Positions 39,671 to 52,355 of a stretch of DNA of 64,000 nt are shown in pieces (position 1 is the stretch's first letter; every line of letters starts with the position of its first letter). The DNA comes from Octopus vulgaris (Eukaryota): contig OX597819.1 in assembly GCA_951406725.2 (NCBI GenBank), positions 3,286,001 through 3,350,000 of the forward strand. The letters are read 5' to 3'. Under the pieces are notes generated by a model that searched no databases, was not told the origin of the DNA, and worked only from the letters and a program-made list of their open reading frames with translations. The translations under genes were made by a program, and so were the position numbers.

Positions 39671-41059
39671 ATAATAATAATAAAAACTTGCTTCTGAAAC
39701 AATATTTGATTGAAGGTAACTTGAGAGTGATTGGAAACCAAAGCTGTCAAAACCTAAAAATGTCCATGAACACGAAATCCATCTGGTATTAAGGGCAAAA
39801 TTGTAAGAAATTCCTTGAAGTATTTATTCTGGTTTACTGAGGTTAGCTTTGCCTTTCAGCTCTCTGAGTAGATGAAATAAGTACCAGTCTGTTATTGGGT
39901 CAACAGTACCAACTAATTCCCCCTTCTTTCAAAATTACTGGCTTTTGTGCCTAAATTGAAAGCAATTATTTACAATAGTGTTTGTCATTTTGTTTTTGTG
40001 AGAGCGAAGTAGTATTTTGTATAGTTAGTGTTTTAAAATCATTTAAAGATAATTTGATGAGATTAATATGGGCAAAGTTACTATAAAATGTTCCCTGGGC
40101 TGTCGTAAAGGAATTACTGGATACATAAAAATTAGATGAAGTAAAGAATTTAGACATCAGACAATATATTTCTTTTAAGCTCATTTACCATTTCAACTTC
40201 TTTCCATAATTTATGCAAATAATATATTGTAATATAAAATAAATTAAAGTACTTTTTCTTAGTTTACTGCTTGTCAATTAGTTTCAACCATGAGTAAATC
40301 CAGCTGTCCAGACAACTGACCTACTGGGAATTCCATTTCACAGGTGGAACCTGAACAGTCCTTGAGTATAATCAACATGATAGTGTGTGACAAAGCCAGC
40401 CATTTCAATTATAAATAGTCTCCTCAGTTTCATTCACAAGGCTTCTGTAGCATCAAATTGGTGATCTGTGCCAGAGTATTTGTCACATTCAAACATAACA
40501 AGGGCAGACAATCCGGTGAGCAAAAAAGTCAAATTTAACTCCTTTCCATATATTTGTAAGTTTAATTTTATTTAGAAAACATACTTGTCAATACAATTCT
40601 ATACTGTTGAGATGTGGAATTTATACTGTTGAAAAGTTTTAGATGTTGTATAAGATAAATGGAGAAGCACAGTTCCTAAACACATAACATTTAATCCATG
40701 AAGGAAAATTTTATGAATTGTTTCCCCAATCTGCTGTTTGCATTGTAGATTGTGATATCTATCTACATACATACATACAGACAGACAATGAGAATAGTGT
40801 ACCCCTGCAGATCAAATAAAGGACTAGGTTTGAAATTCCAATACAACCGATTTCAACTCAACACCTGAAAAAGTCTGGAGCATTCAACAGCAGAAATGTA
40901 AGTGAAAGTAACGATGAAGCTGAGGACACCTGCCTAACTAATATAAACCATTTACTTGTAAATATATTTATGATTTGATAACAAATGTAGAATGTTCCGT
41001 CTGTACCTGCCTTCCTCTTTTGTTTAAAACAAGGATTCTGAAAAGAGGTATTGTAGTGC

Positions 41060-42720
41060 TACTATGAAAGGTTATCAAATGCAAAGAATGCTGAGGGGAA
41101 AAGAGGACCAAATAGAGGGACCTGCAATTCAGCAGTTTGATAAAGGAGTTAAGGATATGAAGATAAAAAAAGTTATTGGTCTATCAATGATATTGAGATG
41201 CTTAAAATATCTGGCAGAGTAGGATATGTACTAGTTACCTGCATCAGTCAATCAGATTATATAGGAAAGTGTCATACTCAGTGAGTGGTATTGCAGCATT
41301 ATAGTCAACTGTTACCATGGCAAAGCTTGATGACTTGCAAAGAGATAATGATGGCTATTGTTGGACTAGATCATAAAAGTCCTTGAAAGAGTTATGGCTT
41401 GATCGACTTATGCAAAAGTTAGCCAAGGAGAAGTAGACTAACTTTTGTGCTGGAGTAACCCTGCTGCACCTAACATTTGATGACCTGGAAAAAGTCTTTG
41501 AGTCCTTCACTTAGTGGCCTGTTAAATACTGAAGATGTGATGTTTGGCTTGTGAGAGCCATGTTCAAAGATGCTATCGGTAAGTTGAGAGCAATTAATAG
41601 AGTGACAGATTTAGTGTGCATGTAGGGGACCGTCAGGGCCCAAAGCTCAGTCATTGTCTATATATCTTGGTCCTCTAGGCTAGAGGAGTTTAACCCCCCT
41701 TTAACTTTTAAACCAATTATATCCGACCAAAATAATGTACCTGTTTTAACTTCAAACTGGCCTCTCACACTTACCCTAAAATATTCTGAAAATAGACAAT
41801 CATGTCATTGAAATCCCAAAGTTACAAGGTAATACATGACTAGTTCAAATCAGTGTAATTAAATAATCTACGAGCTGGCAGAATCGTTAGCACACCTGGC
41901 GAAATGCTTAGCATACCTGGCGAAATGCTTAGTGGTTGTAGGATTAGAGAAGAAATTTCTGGCATGGAAGGGCCTCTAAATTAACTTGGCAAAGACTAAA
42001 GTATAATTACAAAAACAAACAGGACCCTGCTTTGTCAGGGAAATAGCCTTATTCAGTATGTGGAATTACTATAAATTATGTAATAAGACCAATGCAAAGT
42101 ATGGACACAGGAGATGCAGTGGTCATGGGTGAGTTAATAAAGCAGTTTTGGATGTGGTAGGTGTGCTGGAGCAATAAACATTGTACATGACAAATCAATG
42201 CTCTCAAGTGACTGACCTAATTATTTGTGTAAGGGAATGTTGTAGAAATATAGTAAGAAGAGCTGGGGCTGCTGCTAGCTCTGCTGGTAACAAAACGTTT
42301 CTCTCTCAGAGTCAAAAGCAGACAATATAATGCCTACTTATAGTCTCCTTGCTACATGGGAGTGAAATAGTGACACTGAATGCAGAGTTCCTGAGAAGAC
42401 TAGAAAGAAATGAAACGAGCATGCTCTGATGATTATGCATTGTCAATTTGCATGTGTAACAAAGTTCAATTGTGTTGATAGAAAAGTGCCAGAGAGAAGA
42501 CTGCATTCATCTGGAAGTATGATGTATATTGTGGATGAGGTTAAGTGCGAAAAGAAGAGTTGATTGCTTACAGTAGATGGAAATTCTAGAGACCTAGGAA
42601 GACATGAGATGAGGTGGCAAAGGCTGAATGTTGAGCCTCATGAAGGAGATGACAAAGGATGGAAACAGTTGGTGATAAGCAGTGTTTGAAAAGACCTACC
42701 CCTTAGCTATGCCAGCATGG
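41060..42720 (+). mobile_element. Highly decayed RTE LINE with nested insertions
   Basis: Remnants such as LLHGSE..., RRLERNETSML and agacctaggaagacatgagatgaggtgg (RPRKTWDEV). Confidence 0.6.
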
Positions 42721-43422
42721 CAAGACTGCAGTTCAATCCATGTTCTCTTCTGTTCACCTGGTTGGACATATCACCTTGAAGATTTGTTCTGTGTTGGATG
42801 GCTTGACAGAAGCTTGGTTTCTATGGCTGGATGCCCTTTCTAATTCTAACCACTTTACTGAGTGCACTGGATTTTTTTTTTATGTGAAACCATTGTTAGT
42901 GCTTTTAACATGGCACCAGTACCGATATCAATGCTTTTTATGTGGCATCTTGGTTTTAGGACTTCAGTTCAGTTGTGGAGCGCATGTCTTCCACTGGTTA
43001 AGAAAGGCAGAAGCAAAAAGAATCAACCAAGACCTCATAGATGGTGTTGCCAATTGCAAACATGGAAGATATAGACAAAATCAATAATGAGGCAACAATC
43101 AATCAGTCCTAAATTTTAATGAAGTTTTTATTGCAGATCAGATTGAGAGAGTTTTTTGGATTCATCTCATTAGAAGCAGGTGTATTTTTAATAATAAATG
43201 CAGCTTATTTGTGAAATGTTTGATGGAAGTAAATAATTTAGGATTCATTTATTCATCATGTTGACAATGAACCAATTAGCTATGGAATGTTCAATAAATT
43301 AAAATTGCTGTTTATATATATATATATATGTATACATATATCATAGATAGAGAGAGAGAGAGCGAAAGGGAAAGTGAGTATGTGCCTATGTAATATATAT
43401 ATTTTTGCCAGCTGGTTAGAGA

Positions 43423-43551
43423 CTAATATACATAGAGTTTAGTTTTTGAAATATCTTTCTCCGGACATTCTCTGGTTTTATTGAAGTAAAAAAAACTGCC
43501 ATCTTTCCTCTGTAATTTCTTGACATAGCCATTGTGAGGCCATCTATCAAT
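43423..43551 (-). CDS. MEIG1: MEIG1 coding exon 2 ([42 protein letters not shown])
   Basis: tattttcag acceptor at 43552, phase 0; [28 protein letters not shown]...KxYxY is the MEIG1 C-terminal half; total 87 aa. Confidence 0.95.
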   Translation of the reverse strand: MDRWPHNGYVKKLQRKDGSFFYFNKTRECPEKDISKTKLYVY

Positions 43552-43818
43552 CTGAAAATATAAAATATTGATTTCGATTTATTGTGGAAATAATACATTT
43601 TTCTCATCATCTTTGCTCTATATTTTTCATAAGGGAAGTAAGAGTACCAATTCATATGTCTTCATGCTTTGATGGTTTTGCAAAGATTATCTCTATTTTG
43701 TACAAACTCAAGAGTACTTTATTTTAAGCCACTAACTGTCCTTACTGAAGAAAACCCTGAATTCACAGTACATTTTAACCCTCAAAGACAAGGGGTTTTG
43801 CTATATATATATACTAGC

Positions 43819-44170
43819 CAATGAAAAATGCAGCAGCATACTAAAAATATTCTTAACAATTAAACCTGGAAAAGTAGAGGACAAGAAAAAACTCATTAAA
43901 CTTAGAGCTTAAAAATATTGCTGTAAAATTGCAATCAAAAAGTACCTCTAAGGTACTTTTTCATATTTTTAAAAAGAATTCAATTAATTTCACTTTTTCC
44001 TTTTTTATTTCAATCTTATTTTTTTTACTAAATGACTTAATGAAAAAAGTTAAAATTTAAATTTTAGCAGCAATATCTTAAGCTCTTATTTTAATGAGTT
44101 TTTTTTGTCCTCTACTTTTCCATGTTTAATTGTTAACAATATTGTTAGTATGTGTCTGCATTTTTCATTG
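43819..44170. repeat. Imperfect inverted repeat (about 110-bp arms, about 130-bp spacer)
   Basis: 43819-43930 is the approximate reverse complement of 44060-44170. Confidence 0.8.
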
Positions 44171-45439
44171 TTTTTACAGGCATTGCAGTAATAGTAAAAT
44201 TTTAATTAAAAATATATAAAATTACCATTTTTTGAAGTCAAAAAATTTCCCAAAAAATTCAAACAAAATTTCGAGCTTTTCATTTGACTAGTTTTCATTT
44301 AGAAATTAAATTAAAAATGAATGATAATCGTTGCAACTTTGCCTTTTCAGGACATAATGTACGTACTGTAATTTTGGTACTGTACAGAGACAAAGTTACA
44401 AATGAATATATTTAAAGAATTTTAAAAATAACGAGAAAAAAATGATACAAATTTAATAAAATAACTTTGTTATAAATAAATAAAATAAAATTAATATTGA
44501 ATAGAATATAATTACAAATAGCATTTGGCTTTTTTGACAGCCTTACTACAGACTTCAGTACTGCTCATAGAGACGACAAAGCCACAAATAATCATATTCT
44601 ATTTACTATAAAATTTATAAATAAATTAAACATAAAGTCATTTTTAGCATGCAAATAATTAACTCCATGTTTGGAAATTTAAAAATTGTGAAACTTGACC
44701 ATTAAAATATTTGAATTTTTGTAATTTGCCTTACTAGATGATTCAGTACTGCTCAAAGAGACAAAATCAAAAAAATCAAAATATAATTTTGTTATTAAAA
44801 TAATTAATTCGACAAAAAGTTAAGCAAAAAAATTTCATTTTTTTATAAAAAATAATTTAGACTAATGAAAATAAATATTCGAACTCTTTGTATTGATTTG
44901 TGTTGTCTTTTATCTTTTGTTGTGTTTGTGTGCCTAAGAAACAGTCTGGTTCATATATGAGGTGTGTCCCTTCAATATCATGTAAAAATTGATAAAAATT
45001 TGAGAATTAAAATTAAATATCTTTTTTCTGATGGATAAGATTTTACGAAACCTTTACCAGTATATTCCTTCAACATTTCTCTTTTATATTAATATCAATC
45101 TAATAATTCTTAATCAAAATTAAAAGAATGGTGTGGATTCAAAGTGTTTGATGTCAGGCATTACTACTCATCAGTCGACCAGTTTGGTCTCTACATTTTT
45201 CTCTTAACTTTTCTTCTTCTACATCAGATTTTAAGTATTTTATGTCTAAATGCAGTCAAACATAATTCAAAAAACTAAATTTGATTTCAGTTAAAACTGA
45301 ATTAGTGAGACTGCCAACTGCGATTAAAAAGCCATGTTAAGAATATTATTCAACCATGGTAAGTTCCAGTTGACTGCTGGGGTGGATGTAATCCTCCCCA
45401 AAATTGCTGGCTTTGTGACCAAATCTGAAATCATTATTC

Positions 45440-45660
45440 TTTTCTACTCTAGGCACAAGGCCCCCAATTTTATTTTTTTTTGGTGGGAGGCAGTCAATTA
45501 AATCAACTCCAGTATGCAACTGGTACTTAATTTATTGACCCCTGAAAGGATGAAAGGCAAAGTTGACCTCTGCAGAATTTGAAAACAGAACATAAAGACA
45601 GACGAAATTCCTCTCAGCATTTCGCCCGGCATGCTAACATTTCTGCCAGCTCATTGCCTT
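45440..45660 (-). mobile_element. SINE (third family); other copies at about 47640-47830, 61305-61520, 61800-62000
   Basis: Shared ggcacaaggcc...gaaaggatgaaaggcaaagtcgacc...gaatttgaactcagaac...ctgccagctc sequence. Confidence 0.7.
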
Positions 45661-46001
45661 TGGGGTCGATGTAATTGACTTAATCCCTTTGTCTGTCCTT
45701 GTTTGTCCCCTCTGTGTTTAGCCCCTTGTGGGTAGTAAAGAAATAAATTATTATTATTATCTGAGGTCGAATTTGCATTTTATCATTTCAGGGTTGATGA
45801 AATTATTACCAGTTGAACACTGGAGTTGATGTAATCAACCAATATCCTTCACCAATATTACTGGCCTTGTGCCAAAATTTGAAACCATTAACATCATCAT
45901 AAAACTCACAAAGAGCCTTGTGAAATACAGCTACACAGGGTTTCCTGACTGAAATATTAATTCCAATGCTACTTGTTGAAAATTATACCACACAATATAT
46001 A

Positions 46002-46825
46002 CAGGGTGTGGTGGGTAAATTGTTGCTATTTTATATTTTTAATTTCACACGTGTATTGTTTGTTTTTGATTTTGTCAACTATGCAGTACAGGAGGGTCAG
46101 TTGGGCACCATCTGTGAGAAAAACAGCACCATGATGTAATTCACTCTGCCAGAAATTTGGAAACGCCATGCTGTACTGCTTGGCATTTGCACTGGAAGCT
46201 TCAATATGAAGCTTTCAGAGTGTTTGGGTGTCAATCTGAGGATATGTACCGACAGTGATATAAATCAAATATTCAGTCAACATTATGGTGTTTGGAGTGA
46301 TTACTGGTGATGGCAACGTCTTCCGACACAGCCTCAACATGGTGGCCTACATCAAGTGCCTGGAGGAGGTAGTGCTACCCTGGGTCAAGAGGGTGGCTGC
46401 TGGAAGACCCTTTGTCTGGCAACAGGACTGTGCACTATGTCACACAAGCAGGAGGACCCAGTCATTACTCCTACCATCTGGCCACCTAACTCCTCAGACT
46501 GCAACTTCCTTGGCAGGAGGGGCACAATTGGAACACAGTTGAGCAAGAGACCAACAAAATTCCTTGTAACACCAAAGATGACTTGAAGGCAAGGATTATG
46601 GCAGCATTCACCAACATAAACAAGGAGACTATCCAGGAGATTTCGAAGTCATCTGGAGACCACGGTTGAAACCAACAGCAATTTTACTGAATAAATTTAC
46701 TCTTTAGTATTTCAAAATATTTCAAGATATTTTTATGTTATTTTGGTACATATATGTTAAAATGAGATGTCAGTGTTATTTTCATTTTTATGTAATTTCG
46801 ATGACAGTTTATTCACTGCACCCTC
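46002..46825 (+). mobile_element. Internally deleted Tc1/mariner-superfamily transposon
   Basis: Imperfect TIRs (ta|cagggtgtggtgggtaaattgt ... acagtttattcactgcaccct); transposase remnants MVFGVI, VWQQD.A.CHTS and WPPNSSDCN. Confidence 0.8.
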
Positions 46826-46909
46826 TGTGTGTGTGTGTGTGTGTGTTTGTGCACACAAGCTGTACATGCACACACTCACACAATTACATATAGTACATTT
46901 GAACTTTGA

Positions 46910-47450
46910 ACTGGAATCAATCGTCTGGAAGCTGTTCAGCGACGTGCAACCAAAAGAATACCCTCCATCAGGCATTTGCCATATCCTGAACGCCTTACTT
47001 CCCTGGGCACATCGAAACTCTGACGTGTGGCAGCTGACTTGGCAGACACCCATAAAATTATTAACCATCGTACAAACAATAACTCTGAGCACCTTTTCAA
47101 ACTCCACCCATCTAACACCCGTGGACATATTTACAAAGTCAGAAAACAGCACAGCTCCCATGACTTCAGGAAACATTTTTCACGGTGAGAGTTGCTGAAG
47201 CATGGAACAAACTGCCAGCATCAGTTGTTAGTTGTCGGAGCACTGCATCCTTCAAAACTTCCATGCTTCCTGAGATTCGCCAACACCACACCTGATTTTC
47301 TCCCCTCCTTACACACACAAGCATGTATCTGACTCATACATTGTTCGCTTTCCAGACATTTCTACATTACTGCATGTACTTTATATGCACTTTCTGACAA
47401 GTTGTGGTGCACCTGAGCACTGTATACAATAATTTCATTATATTATTATT
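46910..47450 (+). mobile_element. CR1/L2-group LINE 3' fragment, related to 49645-51180
   Basis: Homologous to 50725-51180, including the gtgcacctgagcactgta-(tta)n end. Confidence 0.8.
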
Positions 47451-48017
47451 ACAAAACACTTGTTAGATATGCAGCATCCCAGTTGCCAGCATATGAGTGG
47501 AATCTGTTTACATCTTGGTGGAGTAAGGCATTGTGTTTTCTAGGTTCATTTGAATGAAATATTGGTGACAAAATATGAAGTAATAACCCATTTATTTATC
47601 TCGTAAGATCTGTACTTCTCAGTCACTGTTGAGAAAATATTGATTTCAAATTTTGGCACAAGGCCAACAGTTTTTGAGGGAGGGTGTAAGTCAACTGGTA
47701 CTCTTATTGAACCTGAAAGGATGAACAGCAAAGTTGACCTTGGTGTAGTTTAAACTCAGAATGTGAAGACAGATGAAATGCTACTGAGCATTTTGCCCAG
47801 TGTGCTAAACAATTCCACCTGGTCACTACTTTTAAAAATTTGCCAGCAATCCACTATAGAGAATTGAACCCAGTACCTATGAAATTCTGGCTGAGTGCTC
47901 TGTACCATTATTAAACTAAGAAATCCCTGGCACTGCTCAGAAAATATTAAAATTGATTAGAATGAAATTGTAGAAATTATTTAACTCTTATCAACACATC
48001 TTTACTTTCGTACTTAC

Positions 48018-48152
48018 TTTAGCTTTCTGAAAATATTTATACTCCATCTCATCTCGGTAACCTGCACATTGGAATCTATAGGCTTCTTCCACCGAATCTG
48101 TCCATTTTTGTGCTCTTGATATAGACTTGGGTTTTGGTTCCAGCCTTTCCAT
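48018..48152 (-). CDS. MEIG1: Meiosis-expressed gene 1 protein, coding exon 1 ([45 protein letters not shown])
   Basis: Hand translation matches the MEIG1 pattern KPKS..AKKW...E..YRFQxAGYRDExEY; donor GTAAGT at 48017; acceptor ttttcactcctaag ends 3 nt before the ATG. Confidence 0.93.
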
Positions 48153-49644
48153 TATCTTAGGAGTGAAAACAGATAAACTAATAGAATTTCATGAAGTAAA
48201 TTAATTTGTAAAAGAGATACTCATAAAATAAAATATTTGCTAGCAACATTGAGAACAGTAAACACATCAACAATAAGCTGAAGAATGACAAATGAGGCCA
48301 TGTGAGGTATTGGTCCTGTGCTGTTGCAGTGCAACACTGCATCCAGTATTTGTTAGTTTATCCTGGGCAATCTTGCAAGCAATGTCCTACTCAGTCCCTG
48401 TCTCTGTGAGGTACTTTCTCATTCAATATGACCATGTGGCATTCAGCTGACCAACACAAGCTGACCATCACTCTGGCCGGATTACCAGGGAAGAGAATGT
48501 GACATGCAGGACCCAGCCAGGACACATCCCAGCAACATGACCAATCGGTCTGAACTGATACTCCTGAATAATACAAGTTTCAGGACACATCCCCCCAGTT
48601 TCTGAGTAGAGTCATTGGTTGGATACGAAATCTGGCCAATTGTAACCCATAATTCTGTGAAGTGTTCGGACACCAAAGGAGTTCCTGGTACCAGATGAAC
48701 TGTAGACAGGACACTTCACAGCAGGCCAGCTAGTGATCTGGTCCACAGAGAAGGGACTTTCAGTTAGGCGGGAGACCAACCAGTCTGGGGATTTAGATGG
48801 CTGGTCATGCTTGCCCTCACACTGTATAACTGAATGAAGCAAAATGAACAGTATACCAACACACTCTTGTTCCTGATTATTTTTATGTACAGCTTAACTA
48901 AACTGTACCAAGAAAAATAACAATGATAATTAATCCTCATATAACATTTTTGTTACCATATTTCTATTGAATTACAATGCTAGTGCTTCAATTGATTTTA
49001 AAAATAATGTTGAAGAGTTTAGTAAAACAACTTCGTCATTATTAAACTGGTGTTTGGAGCATAAATTAAAAATATAAGTTTGTTGGAATATTTAAATTTA
49101 GATGACATTAAAATAGCAAGTTTGCATTTAAAATTTAATGTACTTGAGAAGACACATCAAGCTAAGTAAATCATAGTCATGGCCTGTGCTTGTGACACAT
49201 AAAAGGCACCTGTGCCAGAGACACTTTAAGAAACACGCAGTACCCTCTGTAAAGTGGTTGGCATTAGGAAGGACATCCAGATGAGAAACCAAGCCAAATC
49301 TGACGACTAGATCCTAGTACAGCTCTTTGACTTAACATCATCATCATCATCATCATTGTTGTCGTCGTTTAACATCCGTTTTCCATGCTTGCATGGGTTG
49401 GACGGTTTCCCAGTCAAATTGTCTAACCCATGCCAGCATGGTAAACAGACGTTAAAGGATGATGATGATGATGTTGATACTGATGCATCATACAACCCGT
49501 CCAAGGGCAGTCTTAGGTTGGTAGCAAAAGTAATAAACTCTTTAGGAATATATTTTATCTGCTCTCATTTTTTCTTTCTCAGGTACAAAATAAACCCTTG
49601 CCAATCAAAATGCTACGGGTACTTGGGAAAAGTGGAAAAAAGTG

Positions 49645-51180
49645 ACTTCACCGACGGAGTTACATACCTGCTTCTCAAACGTGGCAGGCACTTCCTTTTG
49701 CACCAGCTTTCTATTTTCTTCCAGTACTGTCTCAACAATGGTGCTACTCCGGAGCAGTGGAAAACTGCCAGTGTCATTCCTCTGTTCAAAAAGGGCGACC
49801 GCACATCACCTGTCAACTATCGCCCAGTCAGTCTCACTAGCTGTATTGCAAAACTGATGGAATCGTGTGTCAGAGAAACACTCTGGAACTTCTGGAGCTC
49901 TCACAGTCTCATCCGACCCTCACAATATGGATTTGTCCCTAACTCCAGCTGCAGTGACCAGCTTGTCGAGTTCCTTGAGGACATTACTCAGATTACTGAC
50001 AGTGGCTCATGGGTGGATGTTGTCTACCTTGACTTTGCTAAGGCTTTCAACTCTGTGCCACACAAAAGGCTTATGGTGAAACTCTCTGCAATGGGTGTGG
50101 GGGATGACCTTTTTAACTGGTTGAAATCCTTCATCCTCAGCCGAAAGGAGGTAGTCACAGTTCTAGGACAGCACTCTACACCATATGAGATGTCATCGGG
50201 TGTACCACAGGGATCTGTCCTTGGCCCCCTCTTGTTTGTGGCATACATTAACGACATAGATGCCAATTTAAAGAATGCCACAGTATTGAAATATGCAGAC
50301 GACATCAAGCTGTACCTTGAAATCAAGAGGACAGATCCTGATGTCTACAACTCTTTCCTGCAATCAGACCTAGACACAATGCAGCAATGGATCACAGACT
50401 GGCAACTGAAACTGGCTGTGGACAAGTGTACCACCATGCATTTTGGGAGAAAAAACCCTGCGTTCACATACTCCCTCCACAACACTGATATCAAGAAATC
50501 CTCTTGCGAGCGTGACCTAGGCATCACTGTCAGCAGTGATTTGCGTTGGTCAAAGCATATCTCTAAGATTGTCAGGAAGGCCGAGGGTGTCTTGGCATCA
50601 CTCAGCAGGTCTTTTGTTAGCCGCTCTCCAGCCATCTATTTAAAACTGTATACAGCTATGGTACGACCACACTTGGAATTCGCATCATCAATTTGGAACC
50701 CCTATCTTGCACAGAACATTGACCTCCTGGAATCTGTCCAGAGACGTGCAACCAAACGCATACCCTCCATCAGACACCTACCATATTCTGAGCGCCTTGT
50801 TTCCCTGGGCATGGATTCACTGAAGCTCCGGCGTTTGGCGACGGACTTGGTAAACACCCACAAAGTTATCAACCACCTCACCAACAACAACACTGAACAC
50901 CTTTTTGATCTCCATGTGTCTAACACACGTGGACATGCCTACAAAGTCAGAAAACAATACAGCTCCCATGACTTTCGGAAACATTTTTTCACGCTCAGAG
51001 TTGCTGAAGCATGGAATAAACTGCCTGCGTCAGTTGTTGACTGCCATGACACTGCATCTTTTAAGGCCCTCATGCTTTCCGAAATCCGCCGAAACTTCAC
51101 CTGATTATATATACACTTTAGATGAGTTGTAGTGCACCTGAGCACTGTACACAATTATTATTATTATTATTATTATTATT
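49645..51180 (+). mobile_element. 5'-truncated CR1/L2-group LINE with uninterrupted RT domain
   Basis: ORF 49356-51104 has NYRPVSLTS, QYGF, YLDFAKAF, GVPQGSVLGPLLF, YADD and ERDLG; (TTA)n tail; no endonuclease domain. The first ~95 codons of the ORF are flanking sequence. Confidence 0.93.
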
Positions 51181-51977
51181 TGAACTTGAAACAGATACTT
51201 TCACTTTTTACTTTTCTTTTACTTGTTTCAGTCATTTGACTGCGGCCATGCTGGAGCACTGCCCTGAAGGGTTTCAGTTGAACAAATCAACCCAGGACTT
51301 ATTTTTTAAAGCCTAGTACTAATTCTATCAGTCTCTTAAGCCGAATTGCTAAGTTACAGAGACGTAACGACACCAACACCGGTTGTCAAGCGCGCGCACA
51401 CACACACACACATTTATCTATATGGGCTTCTTTCAGTCTCTGTCTACCGAATCCACTCAGAGGTTATAACAGAAGTCCCTACCCAAGTTGCCATGCAGTC
51501 GGATTGAACTGAGAACCATGTTGTTGAGAAGCAAGTTTCTTACCACGCAGCCACGCCTGTGCAGCAAAAGATGAAATGGTTGGAATGAGATTCTGCTGTG
51601 ATGGTCATTTATCAAACGCTCGCGACCAGTATTTTTTTCATTAACGACATAAATATTTCGCCGAGCGTTTCTGTAGTTTTCTTTGCAATTTAACGAAAAA
51701 AAAAAGGAAGGAAAATTCGTTGGGGATAAGATATGGGGCTTCGAAAAACTGAAGAACCGCTGCAATAAGTGTGTGAGTCTGAGAGGAGAATATCATAATT
51801 AACTGATCCTCCTCTATATTCTTTTAGCCAAAGCCAGGCGCTTTTCGCCCTGCCCCCCCCCCCCTCGTATGTTGACAAATACTGCTTTCACATAAAATAT
51901 AAAACGTAACAAGGAAAAACAAAAAAGAAAAAGAAAAAATTGTGAAATATTTTCGTTCAACTACAAATTGATCCTAC

Positions 51978-52045
51978 CTTAATTTTTTGTTGAAATACAC
52001 AGTTGTGAAGTTAAGTTGATAGTAATCGTTTAGTTTGAATGCGTT
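51978..52045 (-). other. MEIG1: Probable non-coding first exon of MEIG1 (5' boundary approximate)
   Basis: AAG|GTAGGA donor at 51977 in a CpG-retaining region; the ATG exon has an acceptor, so an upstream exon is needed. Confidence 0.45.
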
Positions 52046-52051
52046 TGTATA

Positions 52052-52065
52052 ATCACCATAGCAAC
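52052..52065 (-). promoter_or_regulatory. RFX X-box-like element
   Basis: GTTGCTATGGTGAT on the - strand (consensus GTTNCY-AT-RGNAAC; strong left half-site), just upstream of the candidate MEIG1 first exon. Confidence 0.55.
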
Positions 52066-52355
52066 GGAGCATATCCGCAACGAATAGGGTTCTTTCACCT
52101 AGATTACAAGATAAAAGATTTAAAACTGAAATATTCGGAATTACTTTATATTCGATCTGGTTCGGAACACAAACACTTACAAGTAGATAAGGTATTAATT
52201 AAATCTTTGATAATTTTGTAAATGAGAAATAAAAAAAAATATTGATTCAAGGGAAAGAACTCCTATAGCTACATGACCTATCACGCTAGAAGACACCAGG
52301 AACATACTACACACGTACCTACGCACGTACATACATACATACATACAGACAGACA

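Noticed and set aside
40270-40680. Possible exons of a further gene between PPP4R2 and MEIG1
   Set aside because: Splice-like sites and a short open frame exist, but there is no recognisable peptide and no consistent exon chain.
43416-43655. 79-aa minus-strand ORF as listed in the track
   Set aside because: Wrong frame; the real MEIG1 exon is read in a different frame from the 43552 acceptor.
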